Positions 31,605 to 44,466 of a DNA stretch of 64,000 nucleotides are shown piece by piece. The stretch comes from an uncultured virus (IMG/VR IMGVR_UViG_3300011991_000001) (taxonomy: Duplodnaviria > Heunggongvirae > Uroviricota > Caudoviricetes). The number at the start of each line of letters is the position of its first letter. Positions within the stretch are counted from its first letter, which is position 1. Below the pieces are notes generated by a model. That model ran no database searches. It was not told the DNA's origin and worked only from the letters and a program-made list of their open reading frames with translations. Made by a program: the position numbers and the translations under genes. The DNA is taken from IMG/VR virus record IMGVR_UViG_3300011991_000001, one strand, 5' to 3'.

Positions 31605-31665
31605 CCTCTCAATTCCTTATAACTTATTATACTACTAATGATATATAAAAGTCAACACTATGTAA

Positions 31666-31699
31666 AAATAAATCTCAGTAATTAAACTGAGATTTATTT
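31666..31699 (-). terminator. intrinsic terminator
   Basis: AAATAAATCTCAGT-AATTAA-ACTGAGATTTATTT. Confidence 0.7.
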
Positions 31700-32149
31700 C
31701 CTACTATATCACTTATTACCTACCCTTAATAGGGAAATCCATATCCATTGGGCTAGTAACATTAAACATGTGGGAAATTCTATCAAATCCTGTATTAGGA
31801 TCAATCACCCAACCAATTATCCAAACTGATATGAATAGAATAGATATGATGATAGCTATAGTCTTATTGCTAATTTTAAAATCTTTACTCATCGCTCATA
31901 TCTTCCTTAACTACAATTGGCTCAGGGAGTAAGCTCTGCAAAGCACCTAAAATACCACTAGTAAATATACCCATACCAAATGACATAATTCCCACATAAT
32001 GATAATATTGTTCAGCTACGCTAGTGCCTGATACTGTTTCGATCTGTAGTAGCATAATTCCAGCTATAGCAAACACAATCGCAGAGATGAATGACGCATA
32101 CCGTAAATAATCTTTCATCATTAATGCCCCTTTCTAATTTAGAACTGAA

Positions 32150-32806
32150 TTAGTTAATTTTAAGAATAATTGGTTTACCTGTCATTCCACCAGTAGCTTG
32201 CATAGTAAATCCTGTAAGACCTTTTGGTACATCATAGACAATATAACCCTCAATTGTATTGCCCGGATTTACGTTCTCAAACATAAATGTCTTCTTCTCA
32301 ACCATCATCATTCCTATACTAGCATCTGTAGAAGCATCAAACTCACGCTTATCTTTATCCAGGAGCTTAAAACTAGAATCTGTTACGCTAATGGCATCCT
32401 TTTGGTTATTTTGAATGCTAAGTTTAACAACTACAAATGCTCCTTGAGGATTATGCTTAAATGAATCTTTGCCAGTATAAGCAGGTGTTGTGACTTCAAG
32501 GACTTTAATTTTAACATCGGAAGAAATGCCCTCAGTAGATATTACCGTTTCAGCAGGTTTGGCTACTGGAGCAGGAGTCGTAGCACTAACAGCAGTAGAT
32601 GTTGAGGAATCTGCTTTGGCTGAGTCAGTCTTATTTCCATCACCCATAGCAGACCCAATGCCACCTAAAATAGCAATAGCAAGAATTCCAGTAATAATCT
32701 TATGTCTTCCAGCAAAACTTCTTTGATCCGCACCACAGTTCACACATTTTTTTACACCTTTAGCGATTTCTTCTTTACAAGCCTTACAATTAGTTAATTT
32801 ACTCAT
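32150..32806 (-). CDS. zinc-ribbon + TM + DUF4352-like extracellular protein
   Basis: CKAC..CVNC, TM, Ser/Thr/Ala linker, FVVVKLSIQN...FKLLD...VNPG....GYIVYDVP. Confidence 0.75.
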   Translation of the reverse strand: MSKLTNCKACKEEIAKGVKKCVNCGADQRSFAGRHKIITGILAIAILGGIGSAMGDGNKTDSAKADSSTSTAVSATTPAPVAKPAETVISTEGISSDVKIKVLEVTTPAYTGKDSFKHNPQGAFVVVKLSIQNNQKDAISVTDSSFKLLDKDKREFDASTDASIGMMMVEKKTFMFENVNPGNTIEGYIVYDVPKGLTGFTMQATGGMTGKPIILKIN

Positions 32807-32941
32807 TTATATTTCCTCCTCATTGGAGTCTTATGGTGCTCCCAACCTTTGACTTGCTTGAGTAATTATAGATAACGATAATACCCATATATGGCTAGGA
32901 TTATGAGAATTATTACAATAATGTCCAATTATTGATTCTCC

Positions 32942-33253
32942 TTAGCCAATTATCATAATTCCTATTACGAATGCAATGGTAGCAGTTATTATGCATTTTA
33001 CGCCTTGAGATTTAGTAACTTCATTTGTCAATGCAAATCCTCCAAAGATCCAACCTGCAAGGGGGAAACAAAGAGATAAGATAATCATCCAGAACATTTT
33101 AGTTGAAGACCAAGGAGTTTCTTTAACTAGCGAAATAGTATCTCCCATTGGCGAGCCACAATTAACACATACAATAGCTTTTTCTGAGATTGATTGTTTT
33201 CCGCATTCTTTACAAAACATATATGTTCCTCCTCTTAAGGTATTTTGCCACAA
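32942..33253 (-). CDS. zinc-ribbon membrane protein
   Basis: MFCKECG...CVNCG plus two TM segments. Confidence 0.7.
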   Translation of the reverse strand: MWQNTLRGGTYMFCKECGKQSISEKAIVCVNCGSPMGDTISLVKETPWSSTKMFWMIILSLCFPLAGWIFGGFALTNEVTKSQGVKCIITATIAFVIGIMIIG

Positions 33254-33493
33254 TTGTGACTTATTAATTATATGTTACGAGTATAAGGATTATGACATCC
33301 CCACCTTTTAACTATTTTGAGAAGTAAGTCCTGTTCCATTTTTGCTCATATGTTTCGGGTTGTTGTTTGAATAATGATAGGACAATTGAATTAATTAATT
33401 TCTTCATTTGTATACACCTTCTTTCATAAAATTATTTATATGTTATTATACATTAAATTATTTAACATTACAATAGGATATTTTGATTATTTT

Positions 33494-34369
33494 CTATATT
33501 TTCTTCCTTAAAGAACGCCTAAGCAAATAGTCCATATCATCTTGCAACGCTTCCTGTCCAAAAACTAAATTTTCAATTTGTACAGCAACTTTTTCGAGTT
33601 CATTGTGGTGCTGACTAGCAAGAGCTTTAATGTCTATGAATTGTTGATCATGTTCTATTAATTTTTCTGTTAGAGTTTTAAACTGTTGGTCATGTTCTGA
33701 TAATTTGCCATTAATCTCTTTGAAATTGTTGTCCATAGTTTTAAAATTTTCATTAATTTCCTTAAAACTATCCAATACTAATTTTTGAAATTCACTATTA
33801 TCCATTGTTATCAACCCTCTTCCTTATTACCTACTTTACCCTTCTTATATGTGCAGTTTCAATCTGCAAAACCTCTACCTTTACCTCAATTCGATCTAGT
33901 CTTTCGATAACAGTTTTGTTTACTTCCTCTTGGGTAGTTCTAAAATCATGTAACACGGCTATTTGTTCATCAAATTTATTCTCCATACGAACTTGACTAT
34001 CACTTAGTTCATCTACTTTTGTACTTAGTCCATCCACTTTCCCACTTACCTTTTGCATCTCTGTGAACATCTTGGCAAATTGATCCCCCATAAACTCTTG
34101 AAACTTCTCGTTTTCCATCAGTACACCCTCCCCTTTCACCCAGCACACTAACCAGCTTTCTTTTCAAGCACTCCGACTCTCTTTTCCAGTCTGGTATACC
34201 TGTCTATTGTTGTCTGGATTTCCGATATATCCTCTTTTATTGTCTTAACACATTGACTAATGCTCTGTAGTTCAGTTGAGTGACCATTTAGGATAGTAGA
34301 ATGACCACTAAGTATAACTGTATGCTCTTTTAACTCTGCCAATATTTCTTTTAGAATTTCATTATCCAT
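33494..34369 (-). other. three tandem related coiled-coil small proteins (33494-33814, 33831-34148, 34148-34369)
   Basis: Starts MDNSEFQ/MENEKFQ/MDNEILK; heptad repeats; basic C-termini. Confidence 0.6.
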
Positions 34370-36191
34370 AATAACCCAACTCCATTCTTAATTATTATAC
34401 CATACTATATTATAGATTGAAATCTAATATTAAAATAGATTAAATTGTAAACAAATAATAAATTATATTAAACTTATTACTTAGAGAAGTAATTTCTAGC
34501 CCATTTTTGTTCATATGTTTCTGGTTGTGTGAAAAATGATTTGATAAATTTTAGCATTGTTGCTTCACATCCTTTCATAATCCCATAAGTTAGTATCTTT
34601 AAAGGTTTTCTAATGCTTTAAGAACTTCATCATATACATCTGGCATATCACCATCTGCAATTATTTTCTCAACATTTCTTATTAGTCCGTGCTCATTATC
34701 TATAGTCTCCTCAGCATCTTCAATATAATCTTTTACTTTTAACAATAAATCTTTCATACTTTAAAACCGTCCTTTCAATTGCTTATTATATTAATACTCA
34801 TCTTCAGCTTCATTAAAATACTTATAACTATCTTCAACTACTTTGTCACAATCGCTACACATATACCAGAATCCAAAGCCATCCATTCTAGTATATACGC
34901 CAGATGAGTTTTCGCATTTGCAATAATCTACTTCTTTATTATCCATTCAATTTCCCTTCCTCTTCTATTTCTTCTAATAACATTTCTATATCATTCTTTA
35001 GACATGAAATTTTAGTAATATCAAATCCTTCAATATCATCTATTGTATCCTTAGATAAGTTTTTCATAAGAGCCATATCATCAATTGCCATTTCCATTTG
35101 TTCATATGCCTTATCTAAATGCTTCCATATTTTTTGGAGATTGTTTTTCGTTTTGTTAACTCTTTTCATATTAAAACATCCTTTCAATTTACTTGAAACT
35201 CATTTTACTTCCTAGTTTTGTTGCAATATCATTTGCTTTTTCTGTGTTTTCCTTTGCTACAGAAAACCCAAAATTTCCATGATTGTGATATGAAATATTT
35301 TGCACTTCAAATTCATCTATCATATCTAATATTAGCTCTAAACTTGCTGATCTTTCTTTTAGTTTACTTATCTCATCAATAATATAAAGTTTACATTCTT
35401 GATTATTGTCAATCCAATCTTGAGTCATTTCAAATTCTTTCATATCTAAATACCCTCTTTCATTTCTTATCTAATTACATTATAAATGATATAGATCATA
35501 ATTGCAATAGGTAATAATAAATTATTTATATGTAATAAACAGTACCTTTAAAATTAGGATTTTATCCTCTCAGGATCACCCATACATGGTTTGTTATACA
35601 GGTTAGGTGTGATTGTATAGGTATCAAGTTTAAACTCATTAGAGAGTCCATTCTGTGTCATAAAATCAATTGTAGTAAAATCGTCCTCTGAAAGTGTTGG
35701 TATGAGCGTGTTGTAGAAAGGGTAAAACGAGTGTTTTGAAAAAGTATTGACATAGGTAGGCAATCTGTTATAAAAATCCTGAAATCACTTAGTCATATCT
35801 TTATTACAGTTCTGACAGCTCCAAGTACGCATATAATCATTATGTTTGTCCTTTTTACCTCTAATTAATCTTTTGCCACAATTAGGACAAATACATTGTT
35901 GGATACATTGTTCTCTTCTTTTATGTTCTGCGTCTTCTTCTCTTGCTTTGAGTATTGCATTCTGTTCTTCTTGTGGCAGAGCTTTAAATTTCTTTTTGGA
36001 TTGCCCCATCATTAAGCATTAGTGATGTTATGGACGGTAGCACATCACCATGTGGATTATTTGAATTCATATTAATTTCTCCTTTTAAAATTATGCCAAA
36101 ATATTTTACGATCTGTTATAATCGTTGTGTTATACTTGTTATAATAATTACATTATGCATAAGTATACTATTGTTATGCATATTTATACAT

Positions 36192-36608
36192 TTACATTGC
36201 TTTCTTATGTATTGGATTTTTGAGTACCCTTGGAGAATATATTTGATTCTCAGTTAGATTTGTTAGTATTTTATCCTTTCTAATAATAGCTGAATGCGTT
36301 TCCTTGAGATCCTGAAAATTTACATCTGTGAAATTGCTCTTTAGCTTCCGCAATGGTTCAATCTCATTTTTTATGCGTCTACGCTCCACCCGATTTAAAT
36401 ATAACATTTTGGATAATTTATAACCTTCACTGGCATTAAAATTTCCCTTCTCAATCATGTGTAAAATATCTTGCTCCATTAAATCAGTTTGTCTTAATTC
36501 ATTATTTAGCTTGATGAAATCACCATTAATATTATTGAATAATAAAAGCAAATCTTCACTGTAATCTTTAGCTAAACACATTTTATTTTCCTCCTTTGAT
36601 TCTGGCAA
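36192..36608 (-). CDS. coiled-coil hypothetical phage protein
   Basis: QDILHMIE...FNASEGYKL...ERRRIKNE...YSPRVL. Confidence 0.65.
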   Translation of the reverse strand: MPESKEENKMCLAKDYSEDLLLLFNNINGDFIKLNNELRQTDLMEQDILHMIEKGNFNASEGYKLSKMLYLNRVERRRIKNEIEPLRKLKSNFTDVNFQDLKETHSAIIRKDKILTNLTENQIYSPRVLKNPIHKKAM

Positions 36609-38923
36609 ATTTGGAGCTTGGCTGTTATAAATGTTACAACTTTTCTAAATGGAAAACGTGGGAGCTACAAAATGTCTGGTGTTATAGTAATTAGAAACAT
36701 TCTAATTAACTTTTAATACCTGATCAAATTTGAATAAACTAGAAGGTTTTAACCTTTTATTTTCTCCAGTGCTCCATAATCTTGTCTTGATGAATGCCCT
36801 TTCACCACGTTTCACATTGTAGCCTTTCTGCATCCATTGACCATAGGTATATAGATTATCTCCAGTATATTCAAAACCTTTCTTGATTACTTCCTGGTTA
36901 ATGATTTCTTGATTAGACATTAATACCACTCCATTTATTTATTTACGATAGTAATAATGTTGAATTGAAACATAGCTGCAAGGCCCAATAATACGAGAAT
37001 GTTATATGTTATGTTCCTTCTAACCGACTGATGCTTTAGCATGATGAAAACTCCTTCCATGTTATAATTTTTCTTAAGCTACCATAGCTAACTGTCTTTT
37101 GATTATGTATACTTCTAAATGATCTTGATACATAAACCCTTGATCCTGTTTCCCTGCGATGTTATACAAGATTTCAGCATTGGTAGAAGTAAATCCTAAC
37201 TCCTGGTAGATTACTCTGGTCATGTCTGAGACTGTTAAGGTTTGGTTTGATAAGTTAATCTGATATGATAGCATTGTTATAACCTCCCACATAATAATTA
37301 TATCTTCATTGTAAAACCTCTGAGTGTACACAAGAACTTGAAAAGCAAGTTAAAGTATAAATTCTTCATAACTTTTTTCACCTCCGTTATACAGATTAGA
37401 AAAACTGTCGTGTTATATTTGGCTTGCTGTTATGCTATTTAAGATATAGCTTATCTTTAAGATAAAACAATATTTCTTCCAGTGTATCAATTTGGCCCTT
37501 TGTATATTGGGCAATAAAGTTTGTCTCATTTCTTTTTAGTTGTTCAATGTGCTGATCTTGAAGTCTGATTAATTTTTCTTCAATAGGTTTTAAATCCTCT
37601 TTAGTAATCATTTTATACTTCCTTTCATATTGCTTTCTAAGCGTTTATATCCTGCAAGTAGTAAGTTAGTGCTGTTATATCATTCTGAAGCCTTAGAATT
37701 GATTCTGTGACTATGAATTGTAAGTTTTAATGGATAGATTAATATCCATCGAACTCAGGCAAATTATTATATTCTTCTTCTGTTATATTCATTGCATTAA
37801 TCATAAATGGGCCAAAGTTAGCAATTATAGTTGCATCATTAATATCTCCAATTAGTGGTAATGATCTAAGGGACTCTCTTAACTTAGGCAAACTATCTCT
37901 TGTATATCCATGCACGTTACCCCCTCTGTTTTCTTCCATATCACTTATTATCTCATCTAAAACCTGATCTATACTCGTTGCTATTGGGCCATTTCCATAA
38001 TCCGTGTGGTACATTTTATAAATTCTCATTTATTTTATCCTTCTTTCTTTTTTTAATTTATATAATATTAAAATACTTGCTAATTTATTCTTTTTCTAAT
38101 GCTACCATTTTTATTCCTTTGTAGCTGTTATTACAATGTCTGAAAACAAAAGAAAATCCAATGTCTGTATAATCTTTACGCAATTCCGACAAAACAATTT
38201 CTGATGTTTCTTCCTCAAATGCAAAGGAAACTTTTAAGCAGAAATCTACGTATGAAGTATCAACCCCTATCTTTATATTCTTTTTAAATTCTGTTAGGCA
38301 TAGCTTCTTAAACCTCTTAACGTCTTTTTTTATAACCTTAACTTTGTTCTTGTCTGCTTGCTGTTTGTAGTTGAATAACTTAAAGAACATAGTGCTGCTC
38401 TTGAAGTCTGATTAATTTTTCTTCAATGGGTTTTAAATCCTCTTTAGTAATCATGTTATAAACTTCCTTTCGCTCTTTTTAATTTTGTATTCCAATGGGT
38501 TTTTCTTGGTGTTATAGGTGTTTTTGTTATACAGTTTATATCCTTTCATTAATTATCTTGTTCCAATACTTTCTTGATCTTTTTAACCTAATGAATCCAT
38601 CACAATTTAAACATTCTATAGCGTTTTTAATATCGTTTAACCTGTCATTAGTATTCTGAATATCTTTAGAGTTTGTTATATTTATTAAACCTTCAGACCA
38701 TATTGTGCTTATTTCAGATAATATTTTTATAACTTCTTGACCTGTTACCGACTCAAAATCTGGCGTGATCTTATTGATTAAATCTTGCATGTTATAAACT
38801 TCCTTTCTTTTCTAATTCTTATATTCCATGCTCTCATTAATTTTTGTTATACTCGTTTGGGTTTAGGTTTGCTCTACGAAAAATTTTCGAGTCGTGTTAT
38901 AAAAATCCTGCATATGGTTTTTG

Positions 38924-39085
38924 TTATACAAGTTTAGACTCTACATAATGATAATTTCCTTCAATGCATTCATAAATTGTCGCTACCTTTTCAGTGTCAT
39001 AATGTTCTTTAGCGTGTGTATAATTGCCGTATTCATATTCAAACATTTCGCCTTCATCCATAACCTTTAATATAAACATGCTCAT
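38924..39085 (-). CDS. 53-aa protein, duplicate of 41047-41211 (absent from ORF track)
   Basis: RBS AGGAGG; shares YGNY.HAKEHYDTEKVATIYE. Confidence 0.7.
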   Translation of the reverse strand: MSMFILKVMDEGEMFEYEYGNYTHAKEHYDTEKVATIYECIEGNYHYVESKLV

Positions 39086-41046
39086 TTCTTATTACCTCCT
39101 CTTAGTTTATCATATAACCCTTCTAAACTCATACCATAGTATATTATACCATAATGTATTGCTATGAGCTTAGAAGGAGCTTATGACGCTCCTAATAAAA
39201 GCGTGATTTTAAAGTAAATTAGGATAAAGTGTTATAGGGCACTGCATAACTGTCGTAATATATTCGATAATAAAACTATAATCTTTTGGCGATAATTCAC
39301 CTTTTGTTACTTCATCTAGTGCCTTTTGAACTTTATTCATTATGGAATACATTTTATCTTTTTTCTTTTCTGTGTTCATTTCTTGCCTTTCTTTTTTTCT
39401 TATATTTTTACTTACTTGTTTAACCATCGCTATTTGTCTTTTTATATTCATATCTTCAGCACTCCTTCATATTACAATTATTTCACACTAGCAGGAACAA
39501 CCATATAAATTTTACCTGTAAGATCGTTCACTCCTATTACCTGCCCTTTGATTTTTAATAACATGTTATTCACTTCCTTCACTCTTTACACTGATTTAAT
39601 AGGTTGTGCTGCGCTCCTTATTAAAGTATTTCCCCTTCTTTTGTCCATATGCTCTCGAAGTGAATTATATCTTTAATAATACTTATACCACAATCAGCAA
39701 TTATTTGTCTTCCATCCATAACGAGTAATTCTTGAAATCCCATAATTCTGAATTGGTCATATGATTCTAAAAATGTTTTTTGACCTTGTGTTAATTCGCT
39801 CCATTGTATTAATGGTTTAATTTCCTCTAGTGTATGAGATAAACTGATAATAGTTGTCATTTTCATAACCTCTTTCTTTTTAAAATTAGCTCCCAGATAT
39901 ATGCAAGCCAGTGTTATATTTATTTGAGCTTGCATATATTTACAACTAACTTTCTAATCCCAATACTTTGCAGGCAATAAGATAGTCTTAAAACTAAATC
40001 CTGCTCCATAGGATAGGCGATATTCTTCTAATAAGAATTTCTTTTCTTCCCTGTCCTTTGCATAGTCACAATGTTCATATGATCTTTCATTAGGACACAT
40101 AACTAATAATTGATATTTATAACCATGTTCGGGCGCATATGCTAGCGGTTGACTCATTTTACATAACCTCTTTCTTATTCTTTATAGTCTCGAATTATGG
40201 CAAGTGGTTTGTTATCCCTGCCATAAATCCATACTATAAATATTAGTCAAAATTAAAGACTCTAACTGTTTTCTTTTCTCTATCTGGACTTTTAGAAGTG
40301 ATTCTTGTAACTATATTTCCTTTGCTAGTATAGCTTTTTTCGTTGTGCTCAGAGCCTCCTAGACGTTTCATAAAAGGGCCAGCTTCTACACAATTATTAT
40401 ACTGCTCTTCAGTGAAGTTGGATTGATCTTGATCAACTTCTTGATATACTGTTTTAGTCCCTTCTTTTAATTCGTAGTGAGTCGTAGTTACTTTGCAAAA
40501 TGTATCTTTAGTCATGGTTTAACCCTCTTTCTTTTTTAAATTTAAGTCTCATCAGTAGGAGTTTTACTCCTAGACTAGCATAATGTTTTTGTTATGCTAG
40601 TTTCGACTTTTTAATAATCTTGAATGATAAATGATTCGCTATCTATCATTATTACACTTGTATTCTGTTCTAATTCTTCCATGCTTTCAACACTGTAATT
40701 ACCTTGTAATTCTTCTAAGTTCTCATATTCGGTATACTCACAACAAAGAGCGATAATATCTAATTCCATTTCTTCGCCAGTTTCCTCTTCATAATTTTCT
40801 AGGTAAGCGAATAATGCAATTCGGCCAGCTCTTGAAAAGTTTTCGCTCCTGTTGTATTCATCAAAGGACTGTACAAACTCATTTTCGCTAATAATTTTTT
40901 TCATTTCAAAAACCTCTTTCATTAATTAATTTTTGTTTGCGCTTGATCTCATAACTCATTCTAGCATAATTTTTTGATACTGTCAACTAATTATTTATCA
41001 TTTGTTAAAGTTTATTTTAGAATCAAATGTCTTTTTTATTGGGTAA

Positions 41047-41211
41047 CTATTTAGATTCTACAAAATGATAATTACCTTGATCATACTCATAAATTGTGGC
41101 TACCTTTTCCGTGTCGTAGTGTTCTTTAGCATGATTGTAATTGCCGTATTGATATTCAAATACTTCTCCATCGTCTAGGACTTTAACAATGTATAAGCTG
41201 TTTTTGTTCAT
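41047..41211 (-). CDS. 54-aa protein, duplicate of 38924-39085 (absent from ORF track)
   Basis: RBS AAGGAG; own promoter at 41251-41279; flanked by junction sites 41023 and 41330. Confidence 0.7.
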   Translation of the reverse strand: MNKNSLYIVKVLDDGEVFEYQYGNYNHAKEHYDTEKVATIYEYDQGNYHFVESK

Positions 41212-44154
41212 TCGCTACACTCCTTTAATGTGTTTCTGTTCTTGTTTACTATTTTATACGATATGCAAGCAAAATGCAATAGGTTACAAACAATTATTTA
41301 TATTGAATAGATTACCCTTGTTTATAGCTTGAAAAGTTGCTTTCAATGGGTATATTGATTCTGTTAGGTTTAAAATAGTATAGATGTAAGATTATAAAGG
41401 GTAATAGGTTTGAAGAGCTTAGAAGGGCGTTTTTGTGGCAGTGTTTTTATAATATGAGGGTTGAATTGTGGGAACGTGGGAAATTGGATAAGAAAAAAGA
41501 AGCTTTTCAGCTCCTTAAAGTAAACTTAAAACATAATTCTGACACTTTTACACTTTGGGCAAGTACCATCACTAATACCAAAATTGTGACCGCAATCTCT
41601 ACAATGGTATGATTTTAATGAATCATGTAATACTGCCATTAAACAAAGACCTGCAATAATTATAAATATTTCAATAATTAGCATTTTTCAATCTCCCTTT
41701 TATTAAATAGTATTATTTTCTAATGGACACCAATTAGGGATTATATAAATATCATGTATTGGCGTAGTCTCCTCATTTAATAATGAAGAGTAACATATAT
41801 ATCCCTCGTCATATCTTTGAGATAAACGAGGACAATCTAGACATTTTTTAATAATTAAAGTTATTTTCTTAAGCATGTTTTCACCTCCCTTTATTATGCA
41901 CTTAATAACGCTCCTTTCCAGTATTCATCTATTAAAGTATTAGAAAATTTGTCTATATAATCAATAGAACTTTTCACATCATCAATATTAATTTTACCCT
42001 TGTTAAGATCGTGCATGATCTGATTATAATCTGAATTCATAAAATCCCATATAATTAAATATTGGGGATATGTAAAAGGGCTTTTAGTTCTGAGTGATTC
42101 TAAAATCTTATCTTTAATAATTGAATTAGTGTTTTTCTTTTCTTGCTCTTTAATTCTTCCCATAATTTGACTCATAATAATTTTAGCGTTAATTTGTTCT
42201 GTTCGCTCCCTTTGTTCTCTCATGTATATTTGTTCTTGCTTAATTCTTTTATCGTGATCTTTTCCCCATTGCTTGACTAGTTTAGTATATGACATTTTAC
42301 CATCTCCTTTATATATTATATTGGCTTGATACACTCAGAAATAGCCTTCTAAGCTGTTTAAAATGTTTAGGCGTGAATTAATACCAGATAGAGAAAAAGG
42401 AAGGCTTTAAACCCTCCTTAGTTGGTTAAAAAACTTATTCTTGCTTTGTGGCACTTGATACCTTCTTCATCCATTTTATATTGAAGATTTTCATAATAGG
42501 TGTCAATTTCCTCTAAGTCAAAATGAACATAAGCACCGAACTTTGCGAATGACTCAAAAATTGCTTCAAACATAACCTTTGCAGTCCCTTTAATTTCTTT
42601 ATGCTCTGAGATAATTTTATTTTCAATTTCATATTTTTCCTTTGTCATTCCCAATGTTTTAAGCATGAATGAAAAATCTCTGATTGAATCTCTTTTATCA
42701 ATTTCTAAAACGGTTTGTGCAAAATACATATCGTAGTAAGATTTAAGAATAATTGCTGATTCCTTTTTGTTCATGATATAACCTCCCTTAATTCGTTAAC
42801 TTATTATACACCCATAACAATATTATTGTCAACTAATATATTATATCTCATTTAACTATTTTCAAGTTGGCTATCCATGCAGGTTACAAGATACCATAAT
42901 AGCATAAAACAAGGGTTTGCAGGGATAGTATAATAGATTCTAGCCAGTGCCACAATAAGAGGCTTTTAAGCTGTTTAAATGATTAAATGGTATGATTCTA
43001 TAGACAAAGAAAAAAGACTCTATTAGAGTCTTAAATGTATTGATTAATTATTTTATTCCAGTATTTGCGCGACCTTTTCAAGTGAGTGAAACAATCTGAA
43101 TTAAGAATATTAATAGCTTTTTGAATATCATCTAATAGAGTTTGAATAGTATAGTTTTCTTTTTTCTGCTCCAGAATTTTAATAAGTTCATGGCCTTTCA
43201 GTGGTTCAAAGTCTAAAGTGATTTTATTGATAAGATCATTCATTTTTATAGCTCCTTTTATTTCCATTCCTTAATATCTGTACAACCTGGCAGAATACAT
43301 TTGATTGTTTTGATAGCATCTTCTAAACTTGATTTATTCCAGAATGTTAATGGGTATAATTTATCTTTATAGATTGCTTGTAATTTATATGTGTTTGGTG
43401 GGATTGAATTATATTTCATTTTGTTGATGCTCCTTCATTAATCCCTTTTGATAATCTTTAAATAGTTTTTCACTCTTGTATAATTTCACAAACTCCTTAT
43501 ACTCGTTCAATTCTTCTGCCATTGCCTCCATTGACTGGTGCATAACCATATTAGATTTTATAAGCTGTTCACCTTGTTTAGTATCAATAAATCTTTCACA
43601 GTCGTTTGCTGCATCTTCAGATATCCACTGATCATCTATAGAAGTTATAGTATAAAGGTTAATATTGAATTTGTTTAGTTGGCGCAAGTCAAACATATAT
43701 TTTAGCATTGTTTCAAGGTCTGGACAGATTACTTTTTTAAGGTTAGATAGTTCTGAATTAATAGCCTCATCCTTTTCTGTATACTCTATGGAATAAGATA
43801 CATTGACTCTTTTTGTATAGTCTGGATGAATTCGCGTTTCTGATTGTTTAATTCTCATAATATTAACCTCTTTCATTAATTAAATTTTATCCCAAATGAA
43901 TTCGAATCCAGCAGTCTGGAAAAAGAATAATCCATTTTCTGATTTATAGAACTTTACTGCATCGCCTTGCATTTTAGCGACTTGTTTGTATTCTTTCCAA
44001 CTTTCTCCTTCATCTAAAAGCTCATAGACATCGCATGATTTTAAGAATTCAGCTTCAGATATTTTTTTAGATGTATTCATCATTTCATGCCAGATTAATT
44101 CGTTTGAAGGTGTTTTTCTAAATTTATCACAAGCATTAATAAATTTTAGCATTG

Positions 44155-44466
44155 TTAAAACTCCTTTGTTGTAACGTATAAAATATTTAATGCATTATCA
44201 TCTTTTAAAACATCATAACCTTTTATAGAATTGGTTCCGTTCTTAGTGAATACGCCTAACCATTTCCCAGACATATCATGATATGACATAATCCTGAATT
44301 CTTCGCCATCTTCGTTGATAATAGTATTAGAATAAGTGTTTGTAATCTCCTGATATGTGGAATTTGAAACCCTACATATCATTTCATTAGTATGAGCTAT
44401 TTGAGGGAATAATGAAGGTATAAGAACTGATATTGATAAGGTTATAACTGCTATTAATTTAATCAT
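44155..44466 (-). CDS. secreted/membrane-anchored hypothetical protein
   Basis: Signal-like MIKLIAVITLSISVLIPS. Confidence 0.65.
   Translation of the reverse strand: MIKLIAVITLSISVLIPSLFPQIAHTNEMICRVSNSTYQEITNTYSNTIINEDGEEFRIMSYHDMSGKWLGVFTKNGTNSIKGYDVLKDDNALNILYVTTKEF

Larger units (their letters stand above)
35593..39236 (+). repeat. strand-biased cluster of (T)GTTATA motifs
   Basis: 24 GTTATA copies counted by eye on the plus strand in ~3.65 kb. Confidence 0.65.

Noticed and set aside
2077..39508. Most plus-strand ORFs in the left arm (e.g. 2077, 2984, 4935, 13336, 27258, 32490)
   Set aside because: Antisense to convincing minus-strand genes, with no recognisable motifs
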